This document shows, one piece after another, positions 28,242 through 38,202 of a DNA stretch of 64,000 nt. Each line of letters starts with the position of its first letter. Within the stretch, counting starts at the first letter, position 1. Under the pieces are notes generated by a model. It did no database searches. It was not told the origin of the DNA and saw nothing but the letters and a program-made list of their open reading frames with translations. The translations under genes were made by a program, and so were the position numbers. Origin of the DNA: Nitrososphaerota archaeon (lineage in GTDB: Archaea > Thermoproteota > Nitrososphaeria_A > Caldarchaeales > Calditenuaceae); NCBI GenBank assembly GCA_033581555.1, contig JAVQSZ010000004.1:1-64000 (forward strand). Direction: 5' to 3'.

Positions 28242-28904
28242 TCACCTCATCAGCTGCCCCTCGATGCTCTCCAGGAGGACCCTCTCGGTCTCGAGGAGCT
28301 TCGTCGGCGATATCCCAGGCACGCCGCAGAGCACGATCAGCGCATCGACCGTCGACCTGTCGGTCTTCGTCCGCTCCGAGTCCCTGTACGGGTAGACGGA
28401 GACGACGCCGAGCTCGTCCCTCATCACGACCTCCTTCCCGGTCAGCCTCTCCGGCACCGAGAACCCTATCCCGAGGAACTCCTCGCCCTCCCTCGACCAG
28501 GTCAACGCGAGCCTCCCCGACAACTTCCTTAGGTCGAAGACCGAGAACGTGGTCCCAGTTAGGGCGGAGACGAGGTTGCAGACGTCGACGAGCGGGTTGA
28601 TCTTAGGGATCGGCCTGTTCTGGAGTATCCTCCTCACGAGGGCCTCGGAGGAGGGCCTGACCTTCGTCGGGTCTATCCCTATCCGCCAGTAGAAGTCCCT
28701 GTAGGCCCGGAAGACCGGGTCGGACTTCACCGACTCGAGCGTGTGCCTCCTCCTAACCTCCTCGTAGACCCTCGACTCGAACTCCGCGGAGACCTCGGGC
28801 CTCGAGCCGACGTCGACGCCCCTCAGCGTTACAGCTCTGACCGGTATCTGGAGCCTCGACCTCAGACCGTCGTCGATCAGGACCTCATACTCCCCTCGAA
28901 GCAA
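28242..28904 (-). CDS. Stand-alone B3/4 domain protein (PheRS-beta editing-like)
   Basis: AYRDFYWRIGIDPTKVRPSSEALVRR, INPLVDVCN, YRDSERT. Confidence 0.88.
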   Translation of the reverse strand: MLRGEYEVLIDDGLRSRLQIPVRAVTLRGVDVGSRPEVSAEFESRVYEEVRRRHTLESVKSDPVFRAYRDFYWRIGIDPTKVRPSSEALVRRILQNRPIPKINPLVDVCNLVSALTGTTFSVFDLRKLSGRLALTWSREGEEFLGIGFSVPERLTGKEVVMRDELGVVSVYPYRDSERTKTDRSTVDALIVLCGVPGISPTKLLETERVLLESIEGQLMR

Positions 28905-29430
28905 CCTCCTCGACCCCCCTGACCAGCCCTTCGAGGAGCTCCTCGTTGAAGGCGACGAAGTTGACGACCCTTATCCTCCCGCCCGAGGACGCGTGGTCGA
29001 TGACCGCCCTGCACATGGCCCTCCCCGCGACCGCCGGGTCGAGGCCTCCGACGCCGGTGCCCATCCCGGGGAAGGAGACCGAGGCCGCCCCTGCGGCCTC
29101 AGCCGACTTCAGGGCCGCGAGCGTCGCGGCGTAGACCTTTCGCTCGTCGGTCTCACCAGCAGGCCGCTCCATCGTTGGCGCGTGGACGACCATCCTGCAA
29201 CTGAGCCTCCCCGGCGAGGTGACCACGGCCTCTCCGACCGGAACAGGTGCCTTCCTCCTCGCCTCGTCCTCGATCGCCTGGCCTCCGGCCCTCTTCACGG
29301 CCCCGGCCACGCCACCGCCCATCAGCATCAGCGAGTTCGCCGGCACGACGATCGCGTCGGACTGCTCCTTCGTGATGTCACCGACGTAGACCCTCAGCCT
29401 CACTCCTCCCGGCAGCTCGTACTGCCTCAT
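28885..29430 (-). CDS. Macro domain (ADP-ribose-binding, AF1521-like) protein
   Basis: GDIT, DAIVVPANS, GGGVAGA, HAPTM, FPGMGTGVGG. Confidence 0.92.
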   Translation of the reverse strand: MRQYELPGGVRLRVYVGDITKEQSDAIVVPANSLMLMGGGVAGAVKRAGGQAIEDEARRKAPVPVGEAVVTSPGRLSCRMVVHAPTMERPAGETDERKVYAATLAALKSAEAAGAASVSFPGMGTGVGGLDPAVAGRAMCRAVIDHASSGGRIRVVNFVAFNEELLEGLVRGVEEVASRGV

Positions 29431-29448
29431 CAGTCCGGACCTTCAGGC

Positions 29449-29625
29449 TCAGAAGCCGCGGCCCCTGGCCGAGCCCCTCTCCTCGACCTGGGCGTTGACG
29501 ATCCTCTTCAGGTAGTTCATCCTGTTCCTGATCCTCGGCGGCGGGAAGTCCTTCGGCTTCGGCTCGATCTTAGGCGTCGCGCTCCTGACCTTCCCGGCCT
29601 TCGTCACTGAACCGTGGGAGGGCAT
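29449..29625 (-). CDS. rps30e: 30S ribosomal protein S30e (eS30)
   Basis: MPSHGSVTKAGKVRSATPK; TATA-like TTATAT ~26 bp upstream. Confidence 0.95.
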   Translation of the reverse strand: MPSHGSVTKAGKVRSATPKIEPKPKDFPPPRIRNRMNYLKRIVNAQVEERGSARGRGF

Positions 29626-29718
29626 GCCGCGGTCCACTTGCGGCCCCGATCATATAAGCTTAGCTTGGAGGGCGGGCGGTCTAGTGGTGAGAGGACGCTC
29701 GGTAGACCGACCGCGCGG

Positions 29719-30087
29719 TCACTCCGGTGCGATGAGTACCCTCGATCCCGGCCTGACCCTCTCGAGGGGCGAGGGGTCGTCTAGGATGACGCCTATCCTG
29801 ACCGAATGCGTCGGGGGCTGGGCCTTCCTGAAGACGAATACGATCGAGCCGTTGGTCGCCCAGTAGAGGACGTCGCCTGGGGAAGCCGAGTAGATCTCCT
29901 TCTCGGCCCCCCTCCTGATCTCGACCGGGACGTAAACCGCGAAGTCCCACCTGGCCGCTGGACCGCTGAGCGGGAGCCTCCTGACCACCTCGTCGTAGGT
30001 CAAGGGCGCCATGAACCTCTTCAGCTCGGCCCTAAATACGCCCACGCCCTCGAACTCGACCCTCACGCGCTTCGCCTGGGAGCTCAA
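29719..30087 (-). CDS. Cyclophilin-like fold protein (DUF369-type)
   Basis: APLT..LPL..GDVLYW pattern. Confidence 0.7.
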   Translation of the reverse strand: MSSQAKRVRVEFEGVGVFRAELKRFMAPLTYDEVVRRLPLSGPAARWDFAVYVPVEIRRGAEKEIYSASPGDVLYWATNGSIVFVFRKAQPPTHSVRIGVILDDPSPLERVRPGSRVLIAPE

Positions 30088-30170
30088 CCGACGTCAGATG
30101 CCCTCGACGTGGAATTATGGTTAACCCCGTCGGCGCGGGCCCGGCGAACACGGAGAGAAGGGAGCCTTCC

Positions 30171-30797
30171 TCAGTAGGGATAGACCCTGTCCCGCTTCGG
30201 TATCGCGAACCTCGACATCCTCTCCTCGTACCTCCTGATCTCCTCCTCGTACATCTCGAGGGTCAGCTGGATGTCATCGAGGCCCTTCACAAGCCTCTCC
30301 CTCACGTGTGGCTCCATCTCGAACCTGTACGTCCTGCCGTTCGAGGACTCGATCGTCCCGTTGACCACGTCGACCCGGGCCATCAGCCCGCCCGACCTCG
30401 CGGCCTCCCTCAGCTCGAGGACCTCCCGCTCGCTCAGCCTGACGCAGACCAGCCCGTTCTTCGCAGCGTTGCCGTAGAAGATGTCGCCGAACGAGGTCGC
30501 GACGACGCACCTTACCCCGAAGTCGAGGAGCGCCCAAACCGCGTTCTCCCTGCTCGACCCGATTCCGAAGTTCCTCCCCGCGATCAGGATCTTCGCGTCC
30601 CTGAACTCCGGCCTGTCGAGGACGAACCTGCCCGTCAGCTGGCCCCCTTCGTACCTCCACCTGTAGAAGAGGTACTTCCCGAGGCCCTTTCTCTGGAGGA
30701 CCTTGAGGAACTCGGCGGGGATGATCTGGTCGGTGTCGACGTCGTCAGCGTCGAGGGGCGCGGCCTTCCCCTCCACTATCGTAACCGGCTCTGGCAC
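30171..30797 (-). CDS. leuD: 3-isopropylmalate dehydratase small subunit
   Basis: DVDTDQIIPA, NFGIGSSRENAVWAL, SFGDIFYGN, GLDDIQLT. Confidence 0.92.
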   Translation of the reverse strand: MPEPVTIVEGKAAPLDADDVDTDQIIPAEFLKVLQRKGLGKYLFYRWRYEGGQLTGRFVLDRPEFRDAKILIAGRNFGIGSSRENAVWALLDFGVRCVVATSFGDIFYGNAAKNGLVCVRLSEREVLELREAARSGGLMARVDVVNGTIESSNGRTYRFEMEPHVRERLVKGLDDIQLTLEMYEEEIRRYEERMSRFAIPKRDRVYPY

Positions 30798-30839
30798 GGG
30801 AGATCCGCGGATCGGTCGGGGATTAACCTATGCGCCCGG

Positions 30840-32732
30840 TTACCTCGCGACCCCCTTCTCCCTCAGCTTCTCCCTGAGGACCCTGCTGAGCACCGCGCCG
30901 TCGACCCTGCCCCTGTAACGCTTCATCAGCTCGCCCATCAGGGGACCGAACGGGTCCTTGCCCGAGAACTTCGGCGAGAGCTCCTCCACCAGCCTCTCCA
31001 CCTCCCTCTCCACCTCTTCCATCTCGGGGGCGAGTAACCCGAGGCTCCTGACTGCGTCGAGCGGCGACGCGCCGGGGTTGCTGGCTAGGTACGCGATCAC
31101 CTCCCTCGCGGACTCCTTCGCGGTCCTCCCCTCCGCGACGAGCTTCAGGTACTCGTGGAGCGACCTCACGTCGACGGCGTCCACGTTCACCCCCGACCTC
31201 TTCAGGTCCTTCATGGTCTCGGTGAGGAGCGACGCGACGAAACTCGGCTGGACCCCTGTCTTCACGAGGTAGCTGAACTCCTCGAGGGCCTCGGAGTCGA
31301 TCAGCTCCCAGGCCAGCTGGGTCGAAAGCCCGTACCTCGATGCGAGGTCAGCAGCGACCTGGTCGAGCGTCGGGGGAAGGTGCCTCTCGATCTCCTCGAG
31401 CATCGCGCGGGTCACCCTTGTCGGGGGCACGTCGGTCTCAGGATACATCCTCGCGGCTCCGGGCCTCGGCCTTAGATAGACCGTGACGCCGCCCGCCTTC
31501 GCTCCCCTAGTCTCGCTAGGAGGTCCGTCCAGCGCGGCCGCGGCCCTCTCCAGCACCGCCTCGAGCGCCTCCTCGCACCTCGCCTCTGGACCCAAAGCGA
31601 GCGCGAACCCGTCTTGCCCCTCTGCGCCGAGGGCGGACCTGATCGCCGAGACCTCCTCCTGCGAGACGCCGTAACCCGGGAGTTCGTCCGAGTGGAGTAT
31701 CCCCTCGATCCCCGTCCAGGCCCTCGCGTAGTCCGAGAGCTCCCTCCCGAGCCTCACCTCTCCGCCTCCCAACAGGCCGCCGAAGCCTGGCAACCTTACC
31801 GCCATAGCCCTCCCGCCCCTCGAGAGCCAGGAGGAGACGAGCCTGCTCCTCGACGACCTGAGCAGCTCCGTGACGTCGATGACGCGCTGAGCGAGCACGT
31901 CCTCCGGCCTGACGCCCCTCGCCCTCAGCTCCGAGGCGACCCTCACGAGGTGAAGCATCCTCCTGACCTCGTGCTCGACGACCCTCGGCAACTCCTCGAG
32001 CTCTTGGACGCCCTTCACCTCGACTAGCCCGCTGCCCGCGATCGAGACGTTCAGGTCCTGCCTCACGGTCCCTATCCCCCTCTTAACGCCCCTCGTCGCC
32101 CTCAGGAGCCTCCCTATGGCGAGAGCGGCCCGGTAAACCTCGTCGGGGGTCTCGAGGACCGGCGCCGTTGAGACCTCGATCAGCGGTATTCCCAGCCTCG
32201 AGAGGTCGTAGACTACCGAGTCCTCCCTCGCCTCGACGATCCTCGCGGCGTCCTCCTCAAGCGTTATCGTCTGAATCGGGACCTCCTTCTCGCCTGCCCT
32301 CACCGAACCGCCCGTCGCGACGACGCAGGTCCGCTGGAACCCGGTCGTGTTGGAACCGTCGATCACGATCTTCCTCATCACGTGAACTTCATCGACCGGC
32401 CTGGCTCCGACCATCCTCGCGAAGGTTAAGGCGATCCTCAGCGCCTCCGGGTTCAGGCCGTGCGGGGGCTCCTCGTCCATCTCGACGAGGCAAGCGCTCC
32501 CCAGGTCGGCCCTGTAGACGATCGTCCTCGCGCGGCGGGCCTCAAACCGCGCCGCGGGATCAACCTCGCCGAGCTCGCTCTGCGCCTCCCTCAGCCTCCT
32601 GACGAACTCGACCCTCTCCCCGGTCTCGATCGGGTCGGTCGGGCAGCCGCAGAAGAGCTTCGTCCTGGTGTTAAGCTGCCTGTGGACCTCGAGCCCCACC
32701 TTGAGCCCGATCTCCCGGTAGTCCAGGCTCAG
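30840..32732 (-). CDS. gatE: Glu-tRNA(Gln) amidotransferase subunit E
   Basis: DYREIGLKVGLEVHRQL, KLFC, IDGSNTTGFQRT, RPRPGAARMYPETD; start proposed at CTG 32732 (ORF track uses GTG 32699). Confidence 0.95.
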   Translation of the reverse strand: MSLDYREIGLKVGLEVHRQLNTRTKLFCGCPTDPIETGERVEFVRRLREAQSELGEVDPAARFEARRARTIVYRADLGSACLVEMDEEPPHGLNPEALRIALTFARMVGARPVDEVHVMRKIVIDGSNTTGFQRTCVVATGGSVRAGEKEVPIQTITLEEDAARIVEAREDSVVYDLSRLGIPLIEVSTAPVLETPDEVYRAALAIGRLLRATRGVKRGIGTVRQDLNVSIAGSGLVEVKGVQELEELPRVVEHEVRRMLHLVRVASELRARGVRPEDVLAQRVIDVTELLRSSRSRLVSSWLSRGGRAMAVRLPGFGGLLGGGEVRLGRELSDYARAWTGIEGILHSDELPGYGVSQEEVSAIRSALGAEGQDGFALALGPEARCEEALEAVLERAAAALDGPPSETRGAKAGGVTVYLRPRPGAARMYPETDVPPTRVTRAMLEEIERHLPPTLDQVAADLASRYGLSTQLAWELIDSEALEEFSYLVKTGVQPSFVASLLTETMKDLKRSGVNVDAVDVRSLHEYLKLVAEGRTAKESAREVIAYLASNPGASPLDAVRSLGLLAPEMEEVEREVERLVEELSPKFSGKDPFGPLMGELMKRYRGRVDGAVLSRVLREKLREKGVAR

Positions 32733-34066
32733 GCCAGATCACCCCGCTCGGTCCACACGGGAAGGCTCCGCTCGCCGATTTCGCCCGCGACTGGCGTCAG
32801 CATCGCCCTCCTGACCTCCGACGGGTCGTTGAACCTGTGAAGGGCCCAGCAGAGCTTGACGTACGCCACCTCGGGCAGCATGTCGCTCAACGGCGTGACG
32901 CCAGCGGCCAGTAGGTCCCTGCCGTTGTCGTAGACGTTCATGTTCACCCTCCCGAACCTGCACTGGGACCCCATCCCTACGAACGCGCCCTCGCCGACGA
33001 GTCTCCTGATCGCAGGGATCCAGCTCGAGGTCACGTGCCCCAGCCCGGTCCCCTCGAGGACGAAGCCCCTGTAGCCCATCTCCCAGAGCGCCTCGAGGAC
33101 CTCCGCCCTCATCCCCGGGAAGAACTTCAACAGGACCGCCCTCTCGTCGAAGCCAGGCTCGAAGGAGTAGTCGTCGGCCGACCTCGGGTGGAGGCCCTCT
33201 GCCTTCACTACCAGCTTCCCGTCCCTCACGTATGCGACCGGCCTCGAGTTGACGCTCCTGAACGCGTCCCGGCTACTCGTGTGGAGCTTCACGACCCTCG
33301 TCCCCCGGTGGACCGCGATGACGTCGTCCGAGTGCCAGGCGTGCATCGCCACGACGACCTCCGCGAAGGGCGCCTTCCCCGCGACGAGTAGGGCCGCGAG
33401 GAGGTTGGTCGCGGCGTCGCTGGACGGCCTGTCGCTGCTCCTCTGGGCACCGACTAACACGACCGGGACGGGTGGCCTCTGGAGGGCGAAGCTGAGTGCC
33501 GCGGCCGTGTAGGCCATCGTGTCGGTCCCATGGGCCACCACGACCCCGTCGTAACCCCCCTCGATCCTCTCGTGGACTGCCCTAGCTATGAGGTCCCACT
33601 CGCGCTGGGTCATGTTCTCGCTGTAGATCGAGAGCACGACCTCGCTCTCCACGTTTGCGACCTCCGCGACCTCCCTCACCGTCGAGACCAGGTCCTCCGT
33701 CGTCATCGCGGGCCTCACCGCTCCCGTCCTGTAGTCGACCCTCGAAGCGATGGTCCCTCCGGTCCCTATGAGCGCGACCCGCGGCAAGTCCGGATTGGAG
33801 GGCGGAAGCTCGCCCCTGACGAAGGCCGGGGCCCTCCCCCTCGAGAGCCTCCTGACCGTCGTCCGGTCGTCGACAACTATCCCGACGTTGTAGCCGTTCC
33901 GGAGCTTCAGCGTGATCACCCCATCCTCCGCGTACTCCGGCCTCGAGATCAGGTACCCGACGTACCTGGTGCCGTCGGCGGTGACCACCTCCAGCTCGTC
34001 TCCGACCTCAGCTCCTAAGGACTCCAGGAGCTCGCCGAGCCTGCCCCTGTAGCCCGACGCGCCCAT
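32729..34066 (-). CDS. gatD: Glu-tRNA(Gln) amidotransferase subunit D
   Basis: KLRNGYNVG, TGGTIASRVDY, HGTDTM, GAQRSSDRPSSD; ATG 34066. Confidence 0.95.
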   Translation of the reverse strand: MGASGYRGRLGELLESLGAEVGDELEVVTADGTRYVGYLISRPEYAEDGVITLKLRNGYNVGIVVDDRTTVRRLSRGRAPAFVRGELPPSNPDLPRVALIGTGGTIASRVDYRTGAVRPAMTTEDLVSTVREVAEVANVESEVVLSIYSENMTQREWDLIARAVHERIEGGYDGVVVAHGTDTMAYTAAALSFALQRPPVPVVLVGAQRSSDRPSSDAATNLLAALLVAGKAPFAEVVVAMHAWHSDDVIAVHRGTRVVKLHTSSRDAFRSVNSRPVAYVRDGKLVVKAEGLHPRSADDYSFEPGFDERAVLLKFFPGMRAEVLEALWEMGYRGFVLEGTGLGHVTSSWIPAIRRLVGEGAFVGMGSQCRFGRVNMNVYDNGRDLLAAGVTPLSDMLPEVAYVKLCWALHRFNDPSEVRRAMLTPVAGEIGERSLPVWTERGDLA

Positions 34067-34129
34067 CCGCCGCGATCCCGGTCCGAGTATGACTAATAAG
34101 TTTCTGAAGAAGGGTTCTGACGAGGTCAC

Positions 34130-34546
34130 ATGCCCATAACGGTTCGTGTGAGGGACGTGATGGAGACGAACGTTCCGACGATGGAGGCGGACGCGACCGT
34201 AATGGAGGCCGTGAAGCGGATGGTCGCCGAGAACGTCTGGTCGTTCCTGGTCACGAAGAGGGGCCTCCCTGTGGGAGTGGTTACGGAGAGGGACATCCTG
34301 AGGAGGTGCATCGCGAAGGGCCACAGCCTCAACATGAAGCTGGAGGAGATCATGTCGTCGCCAATCATCACGATAGGGCCCGACGAGCCGATCGGGAAGG
34401 CTCTGCAGCTGATGGCGGAGAAGAACGTCAGGAGACTCTACGTCGTCGAGGGAGGGAAGGTGATCGGCCGGATCACCCAGACCAAGTCGATGGAGTCGCT
34501 GCTGAACGTCCTCCTCACGCTGCAGTCGCTGCCGTACCAGCTCTGA
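34130..34546 (+). CDS. CBS domain pair protein
   Basis: VRDVM, GVVTERDI, IMSSPIITI, RRLYVV. Confidence 0.88.
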   Translation: MPITVRVRDVMETNVPTMEADATVMEAVKRMVAENVWSFLVTKRGLPVGVVTERDILRRCIAKGHSLNMKLEEIMSSPIITIGPDEPIGKALQLMAEKNVRRLYVVEGGKVIGRITQTKSMESLLNVLLTLQSLPYQL

Positions 34547-34558
34547 GTGCGGGCCCAG

Positions 34559-34978
34559 CTAATCCACCGGTATCCTCCTACCCGCCCCCTTCTTCCTCAT
34601 CCTCACCTCGAGTATCCCGTTGCGATAGGTGCCCTTGACCGAGTCGGTGTCGACCGGGTCCGGCAGCTCGAGGACCAGCCTGTAGCACTGGACGGTCCTC
34701 TCGTAGCCTCTGCTGACCCTCACGCCGTACCTGATAGGCGCGTAGACGCTCACGCCGAACTCGGAGACCCTCAGGTCGATCTCCTCCTTCCTGACGCCCG
34801 GCATGTCGACGCTCAGGACGTACTCCTCTTCGGTCTCCCGGAGGTCGTGGAGGGGCTGGAGGCACTGGCCGGCCCACTCGTCGTGGCGGAGCTCCGTGAG
34901 GAACTGTTCGATGTCCCTCGCGATCTCCTCCTCGATCTCCCTCACGACGTCGAAGACCGACCTCCGTCTCCTGAACAT
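34559..34978 (-). CDS. Small heat shock protein (Hsp20)
   Basis: DLRET..DMPGVRKEEI..LPDPVD..YRNGILEV. Confidence 0.9.
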   Translation of the reverse strand: MFRRRRSVFDVVREIEEEIARDIEQFLTELRHDEWAGQCLQPLHDLRETEEEYVLSVDMPGVRKEEIDLRVSEFGVSVYAPIRYGVRVSRGYERTVQCYRLVLELPDPVDTDSVKGTYRNGILEVRMRKKGAGRRIPVD

Positions 34979-35056
34979 TCCCGTGAATTCGATCGGATGG
35001 CTGGAGATAACGGTGACGGGCGACCCTATATCCGGCCCTGGCCTCCCCGGCGCGGG

Positions 35057-35917
35057 ATGAGGGAGGTCGACGAGTCTTTCCTCGCGGAGGTCTTACCTCC
35101 CCGCAGGAGGAGCTCGAGGAAGGGCGAGAACGGCGTCGTCCTCTGCGTCGGCGGGAGCAGGCTCTACCACGGCGCTCCGATATTGATGGCCCTAGCGGCC
35201 TACCGGACCGGCGTCGACCTGGTCTACTTGGCTATACCCAGGGCCCACGAGGTCGCCGCGAGGTCCACGAGCCCCTCCCTGATCGTGATCCCGATGACCG
35301 ACTTCAAGCTCACGAAGCGCGTCGCGGACCAGGTCCTCAAGTGGCTCCCGAGCAGGCCCGGCTCCGCCGCGATCGGTCCCGGCCTCTCCGTCGCTAAGCC
35401 AGTCGCCCTCCAGTACCTCGTCGGCCAACTCCTCTCGATGGGCGCGTCGGTCGTGCTCGACGCTGGAGCGCTCATCCCCGAAGCCCTCGAGGTGGTCTCG
35501 GGGAAGAATGCGGTCCTCACGCCCCACGCCGGCGAGTTCAGGAGGGTCTTCGGGAGGGACCCCGGCACGACGGTCGAGGAGAGGGCGAGGTCGGCGAGGG
35601 AGGAGGCCGCGAGGCACCGCGTGACCGTGCTGCTCAAGGGCCCCGTCGACGTGGTCACCGACGGCGAGGAGGTCCTGGTGAACAGGAGGGGATCACCGAA
35701 CATGACCGTCGGCGGCACCGGGGACGTCCTGACCGGGGTCGTCGCGGGCCTCCTCGCGAAGGGCATGTCGCCTCTCGAGGCCGCGGCGGCGGGCGCCTAC
35801 GTGAACGGCGTCTGCGGCGAGATGGCGGAGCGCGAGATCGGCCACCACCTCCTGCCCACGGACCTCCTCCCTCTGATCCCGAAGGCGATGATGAGGTTCG
35901 AGAGGACTGTCGACTGA
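35057..35917 (+). CDS. nnrD: ADP-dependent NAD(P)H-hydrate dehydratase
   Basis: KGENG..GGS..YHGAP, IGPGL, LDAGA, TPHAGEF, GGTGDVLTG; ATG 35057. Confidence 0.9.
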   Translation: MREVDESFLAEVLPPRRRSSRKGENGVVLCVGGSRLYHGAPILMALAAYRTGVDLVYLAIPRAHEVAARSTSPSLIVIPMTDFKLTKRVADQVLKWLPSRPGSAAIGPGLSVAKPVALQYLVGQLLSMGASVVLDAGALIPEALEVVSGKNAVLTPHAGEFRRVFGRDPGTTVEERARSAREEAARHRVTVLLKGPVDVVTDGEEVLVNRRGSPNMTVGGTGDVLTGVVAGLLAKGMSPLEAAAAGAYVNGVCGEMAEREIGHHLLPTDLLPLIPKAMMRFERTVD

Positions 35918-37972
35918 TCAGCGTCTCGGCCTCAGCGACCTCAGGACCTCGCCGACGTCGTTGGTAGGTAGCCTACAGGAGAAACCCTCGCAGAGGTAGA
36001 ACGTCGGGCCGTCCCCGATGACCGACTTGTCCGAGACCGCGTCCCTGAGCAGCTCCGGCGCGGAGCCCTCCCTCACGGGCGCGAGGACCGCGTAGGGGTG
36101 GCAGCTCCTGTAGAGCCTGAGCAGCGTCTCCGCGTCCATCGGTCCCTTAGAGACTACGAATAGCTCCCTCGCTTCCTTGCTTAGCAGCGGGAGCTCCGCG
36201 ACGAAGTAGGGGAAGCTCAGCGGGTCCTCCGAGATCCTTCCGCTTAGTCTCCTGGCGATCGAGTCGGCCGCCTCGCCGTATCTCTGGGAGGCTGTCGCGT
36301 GGAAGAGCCTCGCGAGGAGCGAGAACGCAAGCGTCGTGCCGGTCGGGATCACCCCCTCGTAGTTCTCCGTGAGGTTCGAGTGGGGCCCCTGCTCGTCCTC
36401 GGGCGAGTACAGAACCGAGCCGTCCTCCCGGACGAACCTCTCGAGTAGGGCGTCGGCCATCGAGGCCGCGATCTCGAGGTACCTCTCCTCGCCCGTTAGG
36501 GACCAGACGTCGAGGGCAGCCCTCCCGACCGCGGCGTAGTCCTCCGACCTACCCTCGAGCTCCCCCCTGCTCCCGAGCCAGTACCTCCAGAGCCTCCCGC
36601 CGTCGAAGAGGAGGCGGACCAACGAGTCGAGGGTCTCCCGCGCCAGCCTCAGGTAACCCGCCTCGCCGAACGCCGCGGCGGCCAGCGCGATCCCGGAGAC
36701 CGCGAGCCCGTTCCAGGACGCGATCACCTTCTCGTCCCTCTCGGGCCTGACCCTACTGGACCTGATCTCGAAGAGCCGCCGCCTCACGTGCTCGAACGTT
36801 TCCTCTGTCCTCATCCCGAACGCAGCGGCGAGCTCGGAGGGATCTCCAGCGGCCATCAGGACGTTCCTCCCCGCCTCGAAGTTCCCAGACTCGGTGGCGC
36901 CGAAGAACCTCGCGACGGCCCTCCCCCTCTCCTCGCCGAAGGCCTCGATCAGCTCCCTGTAGGTCCAGGTGTAGTAGCGGCCCTCCTCGCCCTCGGACTC
37001 GGCGTCGAGGGACGAGCAGAAGCAGCCGGACTCGGATCTCAGCTCCCTGACCATGAACCCGACAGTCTCCCTGACGACCCTCTCGTACCTCTCGAGCCCA
37101 GTCAGGACGTAGGCCTCCGCGTAGGCCGCGGTCAGGAGGGCGTTGTCGTAGAGCATCTTCTCGAAGTGGGGGACCCTCCAGGCCCTGTCCACCGAGTACC
37201 TGTGGAAGCCTCCGCCGAGCTGATCCATTATCCCGCCCCTCGCCATCGAGTCCAGCGTCCTCACGAGGACCCGTCTCGAGAGCTGGTTGCCGGTGAGCGC
37301 GTGGTGCCTCGAGGCGACCAACAGCAACCCGACCTGCGGGAACTTGGGGGCGTTCCCGAACCCCCCGTAGTCCTCGTCGAAGAGCATCACGAGCTGGTCG
37401 AAGGCGTTCGCGAGGGCCTCGTTCGACTCACTCGGCCTTTCCCTCGGCCTCGGGAGCGAGAAGCTCTCCCTGACGAGCCTGTCGATCCTTTCGGCCTCCG
37501 CGACGACCTCGTCCCTCCTGTTCTTCCAGGCGTTGATCACCGCGAGCAGCACCTCCTTCAAACTCGGGAGTCCGTACTTAGGCTCCTTCGGGAAGTACGT
37601 CCCTCCGTAGAAGGGCTTTAGGTCCGGAGTCAGGAAGGCCGTCAGCGGCCAGCCCCCGGTCCCCGTCATCAGCTGGACCGCCCTCATGTAGTACTCGTCG
37701 ACGTGTGGGTGCTCCTCTCGGTCGACCTTGACGGGAACGAAGTGCCTGTTCAGGAGCTTCGCGGTCTCCTCGTCCTCGAAGGACTCCCTCTCCATCACCG
37801 AGCACCAGTGACAGGCGAGGTACCCGACGCTGAGGAAGATCGGCTTGTCCTCGTCCCTCGCCTTCCTGAAGGCCCCCTCGCCCCAAGGGTACCAGTCTAC
37901 CGGGTTGTGTGCATGCCTCCTGAGGTACTGGCTCTTGGCCTCTGCTAGCCTGTTCGGCCCCTTCCTCTCCAC
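35918..37972 (-). CDS. Thioredoxin-domain YyaL/DUF255 (SPATA20-like) protein
   Basis: [51 protein letters not shown]; GTG 37972 with TTATCT ~25 bp upstream. Confidence 0.9.
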   Translation of the reverse strand: MERKGPNRLAEAKSQYLRRHAHNPVDWYPWGEGAFRKARDEDKPIFLSVGYLACHWCSVMERESFEDEETAKLLNRHFVPVKVDREEHPHVDEYYMRAVQLMTGTGGWPLTAFLTPDLKPFYGGTYFPKEPKYGLPSLKEVLLAVINAWKNRRDEVVAEAERIDRLVRESFSLPRPRERPSESNEALANAFDQLVMLFDEDYGGFGNAPKFPQVGLLLVASRHHALTGNQLSRRVLVRTLDSMARGGIMDQLGGGFHRYSVDRAWRVPHFEKMLYDNALLTAAYAEAYVLTGLERYERVVRETVGFMVRELRSESGCFCSSLDAESEGEEGRYYTWTYRELIEAFGEERGRAVARFFGATESGNFEAGRNVLMAAGDPSELAAAFGMRTEETFEHVRRRLFEIRSSRVRPERDEKVIASWNGLAVSGIALAAAAFGEAGYLRLARETLDSLVRLLFDGGRLWRYWLGSRGELEGRSEDYAAVGRAALDVWSLTGEERYLEIAASMADALLERFVREDGSVLYSPEDEQGPHSNLTENYEGVIPTGTTLAFSLLARLFHATASQRYGEAADSIARRLSGRISEDPLSFPYFVAELPLLSKEARELFVVSKGPMDAETLLRLYRSCHPYAVLAPVREGSAPELLRDAVSDKSVIGDGPTFYLCEGFSCRLPTNDVGEVLRSLRPRR

Positions 37973-38123
37973 GTCCCTTCCGCCCCCTCCCCGTAGATAA
38001 CGTGTTCCGGTCGACCGAGCGCTGCTGGTGGCCGCTCTGGCGCCCGTGCTGGAGGCCCCTGAGGGCACAGAACGTCCGCTTGACGTCTCCGGAACGAGGG
38101 CCCGGTCCTCCATGAGCGTGGGC

Positions 38124-38190
38124 TTGTAGTTTCAACAATAAAGCGCATGGTCCGTTGTTATGACCACATCATTATTAAGCAACAATTTGT
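38124..38190. promoter_or_regulatory. AT-rich divergent promoter region with phased TTGT-N7-ACA(A/T) operator-like sites
   Basis: TTGTAGTTTCAACAA (38124-38138), TTGTTATGACCACAT (38155-38169), further TTGT at 38187; spacing 31-32 bp. Confidence 0.45.
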
Positions 38191-38202
38191 AGTACCCGCG
38201 CC

